Positions 61,799 to 64,000 of a stretch of 64,000 nt of DNA are shown piece after piece. The stretch spans positions 2,112,001-2,176,000 of the forward strand of contig CBDCNP010000002.1 of NCBI GenBank assembly GCA_965219415.1. Direction: 5' to 3'. The stretch is from Candidatus Marinacidobacterales bacterium (GTDB taxonomy: Bacteria; Acidobacteriota; Vicinamibacteria; Marinacidobacterales; DATDRI01). Numbering within the stretch: position 1 is the first letter of the stretch; the number at the start of each line of letters is the position of its first letter. The notes under the pieces were generated by a model. It ran no database searches. It was not told the DNA's origin and was given only the letters and a program-made list of their open reading frames with translations. The translations under genes were made by a program, and so were the position numbers.

Positions 61799-63790
61799 TT
61801 AGGATGGAGTAACTTGGAAGATCGTCGCGCCGGCGTTGGAATAGACCTCGTGAAAGAGCTCGGGGGCCTCCCAGAGTTTTCGGACCAGCTCACCCCGCAC
61901 CGCGACTTCGCGCGTGCCGATGACCAGATAGTCGATTCCCGCCTCCATCGCCAGCTGGTGAGCTCTCACCGGATCGCGCGACACAAAAATGGGTCGCAGC
62001 TGCCGTTCTCTCTTTCGATATTTGCGATTGTCGAGCAGGAAGATGGGGAACCCGACCGCCATCCGCCTCTCGGCAAGGGCGGGTATCAGTGCCCATTCCC
62101 CGGGCTCGCGCGCGCGTACGTCCCACTGAACCACGGCCTGCAAAGGAGTATTGGACCGGATCCACCGAAGAGCTTGGTAATCCGAGCGATCGACGACGGT
62201 CGTCCAACGGAACGTGCCGCGCGAGAAGTCACGATTCGTCACGTCCTGGGCGTTATAGATGTCGAGCACCGCGGTGAGCAACGCCGGTACCAGAATGACC
62301 GCCAGTGCCCAACGCCTGCGATTTCCGAGGGTGAACGCTGCCATCAGGAAGAGTGCAACGAGGAGAATGCTGCCGGCCCGCCAAGCCATCCAAACGCCAG
62401 GGTAACTCCCGATATCCATAAAGAGAATGGCCATCAACGCCATTCCCGCCAGCGCGATGATCGGTCGCGCGTAGCGCTCGGTGAGAGCGGGAAGAGCGAG
62501 TAGGAAAAGCGGCCCCGCTTCGAGTAGCAAGAGCACCGGCATCTCGGCAGGGCTAGGCACGCGGGGAACCAAGGCTCCGCCTGCTTCTTCGAAGAAACCG
62601 AGCACGAAATACCATCCGAGAAAAGCGAGCGCCGTCGTTCCCATGACGAAGAGGTCGCGCAATAAATAACTCTTCTGACCTCGTTCCATGGTGCGGCTCA
62701 TGACCAACCACGGGCCCGCGATCATGGCGGTCACGATACTGGTGCCGGCCATGCCGCCGAGAACGACTCCCGCGAGAACCGAGCTCGCGACCCCTCGTGG
62801 TTCGCCTCGATAGAGAAGAAGAACCAAGATCAAGAGGAGGCTGTAGGAATAAAGATGTTGGGGTGTATAGAGAAGGGAACGATGGAGACCATCGAGGGAA
62901 GTAAGCTCGAAGAACCAACGCGAAAAGGCATCCAGGTTCACATCGCGAAAACTTCCCAAAGGCTCGCCGATCCACGCCGCCCGAACCAGAACCGCCAAGC
63001 CCTCGTAGCTAGCAGCCGCCAGCCCGATGACCACCGCGGCGAAGGCGTAACCCGGGCCCCGGGCGAACCGGCAGGCGGCGGCAAAGGCGAGCGTTACGAA
63101 GAGCAAGCCGCTCCCCAGGTTTGTCAAGATGAGCGCAGGTTGGTTGCCGATCCAATCTCCGACCAGAGCGGGGAAGAGAAAGAAAAGCCATTGGTAGCCG
63201 AGCGAGCGACCGGCGTAGAACGGATTCTGGGGCGGGAAATCCCCTTTCTGAATCTCCCCTAAGATCGAGAGGTGGGTCATGAGGTCGGCACTGAAGTAGG
63301 ACCGATAAGCGAAACCTTCTACCGTTTCTTGCCCAATTCGCAGGTAAGGCAGCGCTACCAAACTCATCGCGACGGCTAGAGTCGCCACTAGCCAGAAGCG
63401 TTCTTCCTGGCTGTCTTGCCGGAAGCTGACCTGGGATCGACGGGCGGCATAGACGATCACCGCAGTGACGGCGACGAGCACGAAGCCGAGTTTGACCGGC
63501 GTCAGAACGCCGAGACGATAGAGGAAACTGGCTGTAATCGTGCTGAGAAAATATCCGATGGCAATGCCGGTGGCGTGCCGTTCGAAACCTGAGAACCACC
63601 GCCCTGCCAGCGCCCAACCAGGCGCGGCGAACAATGCGAGTGCCGCGGCGAAGGCGAGTATCCGGGCGAACGATCCGGAAACCACGGTCGCCAACACGAC
63701 TGCCGCCGTCCCGACGACGGCGATGCAAGCCAGGCTGGAATACCGCCAGCCGCTGCTTGCTATTTCGTGGCCCGTATCATGATGTGCCAT
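61799..63790 (-). CDS. Large multi-pass membrane protein (possible GT-C type)
   Basis: More than 12 TM segments, PPQNPFYAG..LGY.W loop, C-terminal ALRWIRSNTP...GIDYLVIG. Start uncertain. Confidence 0.65.
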   Translation of the reverse strand: MAHHDTGHEIASSGWRYSSLACIAVVGTAAVVLATVVSGSFARILAFAAALALFAAPGWALAGRWFSGFERHATGIAIGYFLSTITASFLYRLGVLTPVKLGFVLVAVTAVIVYAARRSQVSFRQDSQEERFWLVATLAVAMSLVALPYLRIGQETVEGFAYRSYFSADLMTHLSILGEIQKGDFPPQNPFYAGRSLGYQWLFFLFPALVGDWIGNQPALILTNLGSGLLFVTLAFAAACRFARGPGYAFAAVVIGLAAASYEGLAVLVRAAWIGEPLGSFRDVNLDAFSRWFFELTSLDGLHRSLLYTPQHLYSYSLLLILVLLLYRGEPRGVASSVLAGVVLGGMAGTSIVTAMIAGPWLVMSRTMERGQKSYLLRDLFVMGTTALAFLGWYFVLGFFEEAGGALVPRVPSPAEMPVLLLLEAGPLFLLALPALTERYARPIIALAGMALMAILFMDIGSYPGVWMAWRAGSILLVALFLMAAFTLGNRRRWALAVILVPALLTAVLDIYNAQDVTNRDFSRGTFRWTTVVDRSDYQALRWIRSNTPLQAVVQWDVRAREPGEWALIPALAERRMAVGFPIFLLDNRKYRKRERQLRPIFVSRDPVRAHQLAMEAGIDYLVIGTREVAVRGELVRKLWEAPELFHEVYSNAGATIFQVTPS

Positions 63791-64000
63791 CCCAAGGGTC
63801 GCCTGATCCGATCGGGAAGTAGCTCGAAGAAAGGAACGAGAAGGTTGTTGTTGAGCTTGGCAAAAAGATTGTCGAACTTGACGGTGCGTTTCGGGAATCG
63901 GTCGACATGGATTTGGACGTCTCGAAATCTGTGAAACATCTTGCGACACTCGCCGGTCGAGTAGCGCCTAATGATGGGGGCGTCCTTCTTCGCATGCTCG
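63760..64000 (-). CDS. C-terminal end of a probable SAM-dependent methyltransferase (partial, absent from the ORF track)
   Basis: Open minus frame EHAKKDAPIIRRYSTGECRKMF...LGWHIMIRATK*. Confidence 0.5.
   Translation of the reverse strand, partial: EHAKKDAPIIRRYSTGECRKMFHRFRDVQIHVDRFPKRTVKFDNLFAKLNNNLLVPFFELLPDRIRRPLGWHIMIRATK

Noticed and set aside
1-64000. tRNA, rRNA, integrase or prophage genes
   Set aside because: None recognised by eye; tRNAscan-SE and Infernal would confirm.

Overview
GC-rich bacterial chromosomal segment. The gene content (VPS10/BNR, DUF885, ADOP-type ABC permease, signal-peptide Rhs, many amidohydrolases) suggests Acidobacteriota, possibly Vicinamibacteria; this is inferred, not tested. 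It holds about 50 CDS/pseudogenes: dapF, dtd, bshA, two aldehyde dehydrogenases, transporters, a glycosyltransferase/squalene-phytoene synthase operon, a dch-like hydratase and an iodotyrosine-deiodinase-like flavoprotein. Four IS elements (2x IS256, IS110, ISL3) each sit inside a gene, and there is a decayed Rhs toxin/immunity cassette. Main signals beyond the ORF track: (1) a probable selenoprotein (CxxC N-domain + thioredoxin fold with in-frame UGA and SECIS-like hairpin + TPR) split by IS256; (2) two independent micro-inversions (92 and 61 bp) sharing a 1-bp-duplication junction signature; (3) a dispersed 44-bp tripartite intergenic motif in 6-7 copies; (4) an IS110 with a candidate bridge-RNA left end; (5) a 167-bp palindromic MITE-like element; (6) an in-frame VPS10-amidohydrolase chimera. 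Many +1 frameshifts could be sequencing error or real decay. No rRNA, tRNA or CRISPR array was seen. Product calls come from motif recognition by eye, not database searches.
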